Shown here: positions 8,742 through 17,023 of the stretch, one piece after another
Layout of the letters: every line of letters begins with the position of its first letter
Position numbering within the stretch: the first letter of the stretch is position 1
Assembly (NCBI GenBank): GCA_002729175.1
Contig: PBTS01000006.1
Location: forward strand, 20,460-56,234
Length of the DNA stretch: 35,775 bases
DNA from: Fidelibacterota bacterium
GTDB taxonomy: Bacteria; Fidelibacterota; Marinisomatia; Marinisomatales; S15-B10
Direction of reading: 5' to 3'
Position numbers and translations under genes: made by a program
The notes under the pieces: generated by a model
Seen by the model: the letters and a program-made list of their open reading frames with translations, nothing else
Told to the model about the DNA's origin: nothing
Database searches by the model: none

Positions 8742-9353
8742 ATGTTTTTAACTAAAAGACAAAAAGAGATTCTTGACTACTTAAGGGGATATATCTCCAG
8801 GCACGGCTACGCACCAACCTTTGATGAGATCGCCATAAGTTTCGGGTTTACTTCTAAAGGCACCGTCTATAAACATATCAGGGCGTTAAAAGAAAAGAGA
8901 GCTATTCGTCACGAGTGGAACAGAACCCGGTCAATTGAACTCTGCCCCGATGATTTAAATTATAACGCCCTTGAAGTACTGGGTACAGTGGCCGCCGGAA
9001 AACCGATCGAAGCAATAACAAACCCAGATGCCATAGATGTTCCAGCCTCTTTTTTACGCCGGGGCAAACACTATGTCCTTAAAGTGTCTGGAGATTCCAT
9101 GATAGAGGAACAGATTCAAGATGGAGACCTTGTTGTTGTGCAGGAAAAGGTAGACGCACAAAACGGTCAGACCGTTGTTGTCTTAATAGACAACCAAGAG
9201 GTAACAATCAAAAAGATTTATCGTAAAAACGGTGAAATTGAATTAAGGCCGGCAAACAGGAGTTTAGATTCAATGTTTTACGAAGCGGAAAGATTAAGGG
9301 TACAAGGAGTAGTCGTTGGTATTATGCGAAAATACAATGGGGAGCGGCCATGA
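8742..9353 (+). CDS. lexA: SOS repressor LexA
   Basis: LTKRQKEILDY..GYAPTFDEIA wHTH, VAAG cleavage site, VSGDSM (catalytic Ser), VTIKK (catalytic Lys). Confidence 0.96.
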   Translation: MFLTKRQKEILDYLRGYISRHGYAPTFDEIAISFGFTSKGTVYKHIRALKEKRAIRHEWNRTRSIELCPDDLNYNALEVLGTVAAGKPIEAITNPDAIDVPASFLRRGKHYVLKVSGDSMIEEQIQDGDLVVVQEKVDAQNGQTVVVLIDNQEVTIKKIYRKNGEIELRPANRSLDSMFYEAERLRVQGVVVGIMRKYNGERP

Positions 9354-9802
9354 TTGATATTGGTGAACCAGTGGGCGAAATAATTTTGCAAAACCATGAG
9401 GGCAAGCAAAACAGCTTAAACACATCTAGAAGAAAAGTAATTTTCTGTTATCCCAAAGCCAGCACACCAGGATGAACAATTGAAGCGACTGAGTTTCAGT
9501 CTAGAATAAAAAGGTTTGAAAAAGGGCACACTGACATTTATGGACTGTCAGCAGACCCGCCCAAAGCTTTGAAAAAATTTGTGGATAAATGTGGGCTCAC
9601 CTATCCACTTTTAAGCGACGAAAACCATCTTATACTAAAAAAGCTTGGGGTCTGGGGCGTCAAGAAAATGTACGGGCGCCAACATGAAGGAATCATTCGA
9701 CGAACCATCGTTTTAGATCAAAACAATATTGTGACCCACACCTTTCCAAAGGTTTCCCCAAAAGGTCACGCAGATGAAGTAGCGAAGGCGATTGGTGTTT
9801 AA
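9350..9802 (+). CDS. bcp: Selenocysteine-containing peroxiredoxin, BCP/PrxQ family (150 aa, Sec at codon 42)
   Basis: ATG 9350 overlaps the lexA stop. Reads ...FCYPKASTPG-TGA(9473)-TIEATEF...GLSAD...YPLLSD..GVW..KKMYGR..GIIRRT. TGA sits exactly at the peroxidatic Cys of the PxxxTPGC motif and is followed by a SECIS-like hairpin. Confidence 0.88.
9487..9501 (+). promoter_or_regulatory. Bacterial SECIS-like hairpin
   Basis: GACTGA-GTT-TCAGTC, starting after an 11-nt spacer from the UGA, with G first in the apical loop. Confidence 0.7.
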
Positions 9803-9805
9803 AGG

Positions 9806-10348
9806 ATGAAATTAATAGCTGAAGAAACCCTGCTTCTAGTTATTGATGCGCAGGAAAAGATCTTTTCCGCAATGCATGAGCAAGAAAAAACAAAACAAAA
9901 CATCTGTCGGCTTATTGAGGGTTCCAAAGTTTTCAACATACCAGTTGTTTGGACTGAGCAGTATCCAACCGGGCTGGGCCCCACCCTGAGTGAAGTAGCG
10001 ACAGCTTTAAACGGTGCTGAATTATTGGAGAAGATAACCTTTAGTTGCCTAGGCGATGATGTTGTGTCAAAAAAGATAAAATCTTACAACAAAAATCAGA
10101 CTTTGGTCTGTGGTATAGAAACACATGTATGTATTTATCAAACCGTTCAGGATTTGTTGATAAAAAATTATGATGTGCACGTTGTAACAGACGCGGTCAT
10201 GTCACGCCACAAGGTGAATCACAATCTAGGGCTTAAAAAAATGGGTGCGCTGGGCGCTAACATGACATCTGTTGAAATGGCTTTATTTGAGTTACAGCAG
10301 ATAGCCAGCGGTGACACCTTTAAGGCTATTGCAAGCATTATAAGATAG
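9806..10348 (+). CDS. Isochorismatase-family cysteine hydrolase (YcaC/ISOC-like)
   Basis: LLVIDAQEK, TEQYPTGLGPT, EKITFSC, CGIETHVCIYQT (Asp-Lys-Cys triad). Confidence 0.88.
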   Translation: MKLIAEETLLLVIDAQEKIFSAMHEQEKTKQNICRLIEGSKVFNIPVVWTEQYPTGLGPTLSEVATALNGAELLEKITFSCLGDDVVSKKIKSYNKNQTLVCGIETHVCIYQTVQDLLIKNYDVHVVTDAVMSRHKVNHNLGLKKMGALGANMTSVEMALFELQQIASGDTFKAIASIIR

Positions 10349-10390
10349 ACTTTACTTTCCATCTTTTCATTTTGACCCAAAAGGTGTCTT

Positions 10391-11698
10391 GTGAGTAAAA
10401 CCCCAAAACAGTTTGTACTTGAGAAAAAATTGGCCGGTATTACCGAATATCGGCACAAGAAAAACGATCTCACCGTTCTGCTTTTTGAGAACCACCACGC
10501 TCCGATAATCACTTTTATGGTTACCTATCGTGTGGGCTCCCGTAACGAGGCCGTTGGGCACACAGGATCGACACACCTTTTAGAACATCTTATGTTTAAG
10601 GGATCAGAACAGTTTAATAAAGAGAGAGGCACGGCTATTTGGAATGTACTGCAGGATGTGGGCGCCATGATCAACGCTACAACCTGGTTCGATCGGACCA
10701 ACTATTTTGAGCTGCTACCGAAGGAACACTTGGAAAAAGCGATGGAAATAGAGGCCGACAGAATGAGAGGTGCATTTATTAAGGAAAAAGACAGACAGTC
10801 AGAAAAGACGGTTGTAAGAAATGAGTTTGATCGTGGTGAAAACGATCCATGGGAGGCACTAGACAAAAATATTTGGGCAACTGCGTATCAGGCCCACCCG
10901 TATCATCATGCCACAATAGGGTGGCGATCTGACATTGAAAACGTGTCAACAAAGCAACTGAAAAAGTTTTATAACACCTTTTATTGGCCAAACAATGCGA
11001 CCGTTTCTGTTATCGGCGATTTTCAGAAAGAGGCCACCTTAACCCTTTTAGACAAACATTTTGGCCCCATCCCCATGCCGCCACATGAAATTCCTCAGAT
11101 GTACACCAGTGAACCGCCCCAAGAAGGGCCTAGGCGGATTCTGGTAAAAAGAGCGGGGGAGATGCCTATTGTAGGCCTGGCGCATAAAACCCCGGAGGGT
11201 GTTCACGAAGACACATACGCTTTGCAAATTCTAGGACGTATTCTGGGCCATGGAAAGACGAGCCGATTTTACAGAAAATTCATCGACCCTGGTAAGGCAG
11301 TCGATGTAAGCGTTTGGTCTCATCCCCTTCATGATAACGGTCTTTTTGTTACCTATGTATTTCTTACGGACAATTCCACCTGTGAAGAGATAGAAAAAGA
11401 TATTTTAAAAGAATATACTACCATTATTACTAACGGCGTAAAAGAGAAGGAGCTTAGTCGTGCAAAATCCCAGATCCGTGCTGAAACCGCCTTTACTCGG
11501 GATGGCTCTTACTCGGTTGCTAGCAATTTAAATGAAGCAATCGCCCTAGGGGACTGGACATTTTATGGTACATTCCTTGAGAGAATTGAAAAAGTGTCCT
11601 GTAAGGACGTGCTTCGTGTGGCATCCTCATATCTCAAAGAAGACCAAAGCACCACCGGTTTTTTTATTCCTACTTCAAAAAGGTTAAATGCTGAGTAA
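10391..11698 (+). CDS. M16B zinc peptidase, catalytic subunit
   Basis: YRVGSRNE..G.THLLEHLMFKGS (HXXEH), NATTWFDRTNY, downstream Glu in VVRNE; no signal peptide. Confidence 0.92.
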   Translation: MSKTPKQFVLEKKLAGITEYRHKKNDLTVLLFENHHAPIITFMVTYRVGSRNEAVGHTGSTHLLEHLMFKGSEQFNKERGTAIWNVLQDVGAMINATTWFDRTNYFELLPKEHLEKAMEIEADRMRGAFIKEKDRQSEKTVVRNEFDRGENDPWEALDKNIWATAYQAHPYHHATIGWRSDIENVSTKQLKKFYNTFYWPNNATVSVIGDFQKEATLTLLDKHFGPIPMPPHEIPQMYTSEPPQEGPRRILVKRAGEMPIVGLAHKTPEGVHEDTYALQILGRILGHGKTSRFYRKFIDPGKAVDVSVWSHPLHDNGLFVTYVFLTDNSTCEEIEKDILKEYTTIITNGVKEKELSRAKSQIRAETAFTRDGSYSVASNLNEAIALGDWTFYGTFLERIEKVSCKDVLRVASSYLKEDQSTTGFFIPTSKRLNAE

Positions 11699-12980
11699 AA
11701 GTTCAAAGCTAGCCCCCAAAGTAAAAAGCTCGTCACCATTAGAAGGGCTTACTCTCAATTTCCTAAAAACAGAGGTTAAAGATGTTATAACGTTACGAGG
11801 GAGTTTTCTAGGCGGAGATGTTTTTGCAGAAGAAAATATTGTTGTACCTGAAATAACGGCCGCCATGCTGGACCTTGGTACACAGAAGCGAGACAAGTTC
11901 GAAATAAGTGACGCCCTGGAATCGGTTGGTGCAAAACTGGCATTTGCTTCGGGTAGATACCGCGTACAATTCTCGGGGAAATGTCTTAGGGAAAACTTGC
12001 CTCTCTTGATCGAGTTGTTGGCGGAGCAGCTTATGATTCCGGCGTATAACAAGAAGGATCTACAGTCGGTTGTGCAACGGCGGACAGCCGAGATGAGAAA
12101 AGCAAAAGAAGACACAAGAACGCGCGCCATTGAAACATTCCTTATGGAGCTCTACCCAGAAGGACATCCAAACCGTGCCATGGGATTGGATCGGCTGATA
12201 GAGAACACACAAAAGGTTACAACCAAGCAGTTGCAATCGTTCCATGGGGTAAACTATGGATTAGGAACAGCCCACATCTGTTTTGTGGGGGATGTGGACC
12301 ATAGAATTGTGGAAGAAGAGGTAGCAAAAAGATTTTGTGGATGGGAAAAATCTCCTCTGACTCTGGAAACTGCCACCAAATCTCAAGCAAACATTATTGG
12401 AGGTTCTCTATCAAAAGTTGTTCACATTCCGGATAAAACCAGCGCTGATGTAGTGACAGGGCACGGGATAGGTATAGATCGAGAGCATGATGATTATTAT
12501 GCTGTTATGATGAGCCATTTCATTCTGGGTGGGAATTTTTCGGCGAGACTCATGGCAACGGTAAGGGATAAAGAAGGGCTTACCTATGGAATTCAGTCAT
12601 CAACAGGTGGCGTAGAGGAAGGTAATGACGGCTACTGGTATATTTGGGGGACGTTTGCACCGGACATCATTGATAAAGCAAAAAAGTCCATAGAGAAGCA
12701 GCTTAACCTTTGGCTTAGAGAAGGTATTAGCGGAGATGAGCTGGAGACCAAAAAAAGAACCATCTCTGGTATGTATCAGATAGGCCTTGACACAACAAGC
12801 GGTCTCGCGAACAGAATTCTGACAACTGTGGAGCGAGGCAAAGAACTGTCATTTATGGATGAATATCCAAACCTTATCAATTCACTGACCCTTGAACAAG
12901 TTAACAGTGCAATCCATTCCTATTGTAATCTAGGCAAACGCATTACAGTTGTTGCCGGCACTCTAAACGGAACAAACTGA
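11688..12980 (+). CDS. M16B peptidase, non-catalytic partner subunit
   Basis: No HXXEH; carries ILGGNFSARLMATVRDKEGLTYG (R-Y substrate-binding motif); overlaps the preceding gene. Confidence 0.88.
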   Translation: MLSKSSKLAPKVKSSSPLEGLTLNFLKTEVKDVITLRGSFLGGDVFAEENIVVPEITAAMLDLGTQKRDKFEISDALESVGAKLAFASGRYRVQFSGKCLRENLPLLIELLAEQLMIPAYNKKDLQSVVQRRTAEMRKAKEDTRTRAIETFLMELYPEGHPNRAMGLDRLIENTQKVTTKQLQSFHGVNYGLGTAHICFVGDVDHRIVEEEVAKRFCGWEKSPLTLETATKSQANIIGGSLSKVVHIPDKTSADVVTGHGIGIDREHDDYYAVMMSHFILGGNFSARLMATVRDKEGLTYGIQSSTGGVEEGNDGYWYIWGTFAPDIIDKAKKSIEKQLNLWLREGISGDELETKKRTISGMYQIGLDTTSGLANRILTTVERGKELSFMDEYPNLINSLTLEQVNSAIHSYCNLGKRITVVAGTLNGTN

Positions 12981-12985
12981 TAACG

Positions 12986-13441
12986 ATGGATGTAATCCTT
13001 ACGGCCGCCGTCACTATTAATGGTATGATTGCGCGAAATTCTAAAGAAACCGTCAGTTGGTCAGTAGATTTGCCGCTTTTTAGGAAGCAAACTATGGGAC
13101 AGACAGTAATTGTGGGTTCAAACACAGAATCGACTCTAGCGACGGAACTTGACGGAAGGGAAATGATCATAATGCACAGAAACATGGACCCAATAACAGC
13201 CCTTTCCAAAGTAAAAACAGAGAAATGTTTTATTATTGGTGGTGCTCACACTTATAGCAGGTTTGCATCACACCTAACACATATTTTCGTAACGCCCCAT
13301 CCTCAGATTTTCCCAAGCGGTTCTGTGCCGCTATTCTCGCATCTTACAGAAGAAATATCACTTGTCTTTGAAAGAAGGGTGGTGGCGGATAAATCAAGAG
13401 GAATTTTTCAACACCAGTATCAGGTGCTTTCCATTGATTGA
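12986..13441 (+). CDS. Dihydrofolate reductase-like protein (divergent)
   Basis: AAVTINGMIA, W..DLPLFRKQTMGQTVIVGSNT, LDGR, FIIGGA..YS motifs. Confidence 0.7.
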   Translation: MDVILTAAVTINGMIARNSKETVSWSVDLPLFRKQTMGQTVIVGSNTESTLATELDGREMIIMHRNMDPITALSKVKTEKCFIIGGAHTYSRFASHLTHIFVTPHPQIFPSGSVPLFSHLTEEISLVFERRVVADKSRGIFQHQYQVLSID

Positions 13442-14063
13442 ACTCCCCTCAACAGACAGCCCGGCAAAAGGAGCTCTTATAGTATTGCACGGATGGGGCG
13501 CGAACCAGCACGATCTTGTTCCTTTTGTCCAAAACCTTGGGCTGAAAGGAACCCACTCTTTTTTTCCTGATGGGCTATTTGATGTACCGGGTACAGGGGG
13601 CGTAGGAAGAGGGTGGTTTTCGTTTCCGCTGAATGAAAACTCTGAGCGGGAAAGGATGAAAAGCAGGGAGATGCTATTCTCTCTTGTAAACGATGTTCAA
13701 AAAAAAGGGTTTACACCAAAAGAAATTGTTCTTGTGGGTTTTTCTCAAGGTGCTGGGATGTGTTTGGATGTGATGCTCCACTTGAAAACACCGATTGGCG
13801 CCGTGGTGGCCCTAAGTGGTTTTCTTATGGATGGGGAGAAAGTGAAAAGCCGAGAAGACCTGCCTACGGAGACACCGATTTTTGCAGCACATGGTTTATA
13901 TGATCCTATATTACCGCTAAAGCAATCAAAAGAGACCCTTCATACATTAAAGGAATCAGGATTTAGCCTCACATGGAAGGAATATCCCATAGCCCACGAG
14001 ATTTCGTACGATGAAACAGGGGATATTTGTGTGTTTCTCAAAAACGTATTTGGGACTAAATAG
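13434..14063 (+). CDS. Phospholipase/carboxylesterase-family alpha/beta hydrolase
   Basis: LHGWGAN, GFSQGA nucleophile elbow, HGLYDPIL, AHEI. Start trimmed to TTG 13434 (approximate). Confidence 0.88.
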   Translation: MIELPSTDSPAKGALIVLHGWGANQHDLVPFVQNLGLKGTHSFFPDGLFDVPGTGGVGRGWFSFPLNENSERERMKSREMLFSLVNDVQKKGFTPKEIVLVGFSQGAGMCLDVMLHLKTPIGAVVALSGFLMDGEKVKSREDLPTETPIFAAHGLYDPILPLKQSKETLHTLKESGFSLTWKEYPIAHEISYDETGDICVFLKNVFGTK

Positions 14064-14137
14064 TGTACAAAAAAAACCATGAGACACAGAAAAGATCTAA
14101 TGAGCCCCTAATGATGTGTCATTTCTAAGGAGAGCCA

Positions 14138-14359
14138 ATGACACTTTATGATCTTCCGGACGGGGAAATTGGAGTTGTAGAATCCTTTAGCGGTGAAATG
14201 GAATTGCAATCCCGTCTGGTTGAAATGGGTATACTGCCAGGTATTCGTATTCGCCGGATCAGAACTGCGCCCATGAACGGCCCCATCGAACTGAAAGTAC
14301 GTGATTACCACGTATCTCTTCGGCAGGAAGACGCCAAAAACATTATAATTGATCAATGA
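14138..14359 (+). CDS. feoA: Ferrous iron transport protein FeoA
   Basis: RLVEMGILPG...APMNGPIELKVRDYHVSLR; AAGGAG SD; ATGA overlap with feoB. Confidence 0.95.
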   Translation: MTLYDLPDGEIGVVESFSGEMELQSRLVEMGILPGIRIRRIRTAPMNGPIELKVRDYHVSLRQEDAKNIIIDQ

Positions 14360-16509
14360 CCCCCAGAAAAGTTCAACCAGATAAAACCTGGGCAGCACTA
14401 ATAGGCAATCCAAACAGCGGTAAGACGGCTATCTTTAACTTGCTGACAGGGCTGAATCAGAAAGTATCCAATTACCCGGGGGTTACTGTTGAGAAAAAAA
14501 TCGGTAAAGCCCGCAGTGCCGATGGCCCATCATTTGACCTTTTAGATCTTCCAGGCACATACAGCCTGACCCCAGAGTCAATAGATGAACGAATTGTTGC
14601 TGAGCAGGTATTAAGCTGGATTCATGGTAACAAGGCTCCTAGTGTAATTGTATCTGTCGTGGATGCGTCAAATCTGAGCAGAAATCTTTATTTAACGACA
14701 CAGTTAGCAGATTTGGGCATACCCGTTGTAGTAGCATTAAATATGATGGATATGGTGAAGGACGAATTGGAAGTAGACTTAGATCACCTGGCAGCAAAAT
14801 TGGGAGTTGCGGCAATTATACCTATGTCAGCCACAGAAAAATGGGGACAGGCGGAACTATTAAATGCAATCAAGAATTCTTTTAATGCAGAGCCGACAGG
14901 AGATGCCCCCCCGTTCATTTTAAATAAGAATATTGAACAGATACTAGCACCGCTGGAAACATTCTTAAGAAACGATCTAAAGTATACACACCGCCTAGCA
15001 AGGGCTCAGTCATTGCGCCTTGTTGCACGGAAATCAACTTTTGATGTTTATCAAAACCCTTCGTCTAACGAAGGAACCTTTTCGGAACCATTATTAGAAT
15101 CCCTTCAAGTCCTGCGGGAAGAAGTTGTTGAAAAGCTAGCAGAGAAAGGAGAAAAGCATCGCATTATGGAAGCGACGCTTCGCTATAAATGGCTGGATAG
15201 AGTTCTATCAGACGCTCAAATTACGATAGATAAAAAGCTGGAAGAAACCAACTTCAGCGAAAAAGTGGACAAAATCTTGACCCACAAATGGGCCGGTCCA
15301 GTTATTTTTGTTGCGTTGTTAACATTCATCTTTCAAGCCATTTTTTCTTGGGCCACAGTTCCAATGGATTGGATTGACAACGGAGTTGGATGGGTGGGGC
15401 AGCAAATATTACGGGCCGTACCCACAGGCATGTTTAGAAATCTGATCGTAGAAGGGGTCGTTGCTGGTGTGGGGGCCATTCTTGTCTTTTTACCGCAGAT
15501 AATGATACTCATGTTCTTCATGACAGTGTTGGAAGACTTTGGGTATATGGCTAGGGTAGCGTTTATGATGGATCGATTTATGACCTCAATTGGGCTTCAT
15601 GGCCGATCAGTTTTGCCTCTCATGAGCGGCTATGCGTGTGCTATCCCCGGGATAATGTCAACCCGAACCATTGACAGCTGGAAAGAACGGCTTATCACCA
15701 TATTGGTTCTACCGTTGATGAGCTGCAGTGCTCGCCTGCCGGTATATGCACTCATGATAGGCACATTTATTCCAGCCAAGAAGCTGTTGGGAGCCATTAA
15801 TCTCCAAGGTGTCATATTGGTGTGTATGTACCTGCTAGGAACAGCAACAGCTTTTGTCTTAGCCAAAGTGTTCAGTTTATTTATCAAGACCCAAGGGAGA
15901 TCATCATTTATTATGGAATTACCGCCCTACAGAATTCCCCTGTGGCGATCGGTTTTTAGCCAGGTTTTACAGAGAGGGAAGCTATTTGTGGTAAATGCTG
16001 GAAAAATAATTATGGCCATATCAATTATACTTTGGTTTCTTGCATCTTTTCCTGAAGGGGATGGAAAACCAACCAACGAAAACGCCATTTTACATAGTTA
16101 TGCCGGAAAGATTGGTCATACCGTAGAACCGATCATAAAACCACTGGGATTTGACTGGAAGCTAGGAGTTGGATTAATTACTTCATTTGCAGCCCGGGAA
16201 GTGCTGGTCAGCACGATGGCAACTATTTATAATGTACAATCAGATGTGGACGACATTGTACAATTGAAAAACGCCATGAGAACAGATGTGGATCTAAAAA
16301 CAGGCCTCCCCCTTTATACACCCCTAGTGGCGTTAGCACTCATGGTATTTTTCGTTTATGCAGCACAGTGTATGGCAACGTTTGCCATCGTAAGGAATGA
16401 AACCAATTCATGGAAATGGCCCCTGTTCATGATTGTGTATATGAATATTTTGGCTTATGTGGGAGCCTTGCTGGTTTTTCAGGGGGGAAGAGCTCTAGGC
16501 TTCAGTTAA
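14356..16509 (+). CDS. feoB: Ferrous iron transport protein FeoB
   Basis: GNPNSGKT, NYPGVTVE, DLPGTYSL, NMMD G-domain; EDFGYMAR, CSARLPVY, AAREV membrane gate motifs. Confidence 0.97.
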   Translation: MTPRKVQPDKTWAALIGNPNSGKTAIFNLLTGLNQKVSNYPGVTVEKKIGKARSADGPSFDLLDLPGTYSLTPESIDERIVAEQVLSWIHGNKAPSVIVSVVDASNLSRNLYLTTQLADLGIPVVVALNMMDMVKDELEVDLDHLAAKLGVAAIIPMSATEKWGQAELLNAIKNSFNAEPTGDAPPFILNKNIEQILAPLETFLRNDLKYTHRLARAQSLRLVARKSTFDVYQNPSSNEGTFSEPLLESLQVLREEVVEKLAEKGEKHRIMEATLRYKWLDRVLSDAQITIDKKLEETNFSEKVDKILTHKWAGPVIFVALLTFIFQAIFSWATVPMDWIDNGVGWVGQQILRAVPTGMFRNLIVEGVVAGVGAILVFLPQIMILMFFMTVLEDFGYMARVAFMMDRFMTSIGLHGRSVLPLMSGYACAIPGIMSTRTIDSWKERLITILVLPLMSCSARLPVYALMIGTFIPAKKLLGAINLQGVILVCMYLLGTATAFVLAKVFSLFIKTQGRSSFIMELPPYRIPLWRSVFSQVLQRGKLFVVNAGKIIMAISIILWFLASFPEGDGKPTNENAILHSYAGKIGHTVEPIIKPLGFDWKLGVGLITSFAAREVLVSTMATIYNVQSDVDDIVQLKNAMRTDVDLKTGLPLYTPLVALALMVFFVYAAQCMATFAIVRNETNSWKWPLFMIVYMNILAYVGALLVFQGGRALGFS

Positions 16510-16527
16510 AGTCGGCAGATCAAGAGT

Positions 16528-16689
16528 ATGAATGTTCAAACATTATTGGCCGCGACTGTTCTTTTGGCAGCTCTTGTGTATACAGTAAAGCGTATGCGAA
16601 AAAACTGGAAAACCGGGGACGTGGACCAAAAATGCGAAAAGTGTGATATTCCTGATATGTTGAACAATCAAAAACAGAAATCACCATAA
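16528..16689 (+). CDS. FeoB-associated small membrane protein with CxxC (53 aa; not in ORF track)
   Basis: MNVQTLLAATVLLAALVYTVKRMRKNWKTGDVDQKCEKCDIPDMLNNQKQKSP*: N-terminal TM, basic patch, CEKC; 18 nt after feoB. Confidence 0.75.
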   Translation: MNVQTLLAATVLLAALVYTVKRMRKNWKTGDVDQKCEKCDIPDMLNNQKQKSP

Positions 16690-16782
16690 TTCTCATATCT
16701 GTTGATAGGACTGTTCTTCGCCCTGCTTTGCTTTTGCTATTGCGGATTTGGTTTTAGATCACAACACGCACCCTTCAATTCC

Positions 16783-16801
16783 GTTAATGATATTCATTGT
16801 G
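16783..16801. promoter_or_regulatory. Fur-box-like site
   Basis: GTTAATGATATTCATTGTG, 15/19 match to GATAATGATAATCATTATC. Confidence 0.4.
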
Positions 16802-16955
16802 CCATTGCACCGATCGAAAAAATCACGTCATTTGTTGAAGGAATTAGGATTTAGTTTCACTTGATGGGAAGATTTTGTGGCCAACGAAACCTTGCAGGAT
16901 GTAGCGAGAGGAGCGCATCTGTTTTATAGAAAAGGGACTACTTAGTTAGAAATCC

Positions 16956-16984
16956 TTGATTGCAACCAAGACAGTAGTTATTAT
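16956..16984 (+). promoter_or_regulatory. Sigma70-type promoter for the formamidase gene
   Basis: TTGATT-N17-TATTAT, 39 nt upstream of ATG 17024; GAAGGGG SD. Confidence 0.55.
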
Positions 16985-17023
16985 ATAACATTAGGAAGCA
17001 AAATCTTATTGAAGGGGAATATA

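Noticed and set aside
9473-9475. bcp as a nonsense pseudogene, or the 77-aa ORF 9569-9802 as the real gene
   Set aside because: The stop is TGA, falls exactly on the catalytic Cys, has a correctly spaced hairpin, and both flanks are intact.
9580-9588. Perfect DnaA box TGTGGATAA inside bcp
   Set aside because: Isolated and explained by FVDK codons; no cluster.
16702-16854. 50-codon Cys-containing ORF after the feo peptide
   Set aside because: TTG start, no SD, no recognisable motif; cannot be supported.
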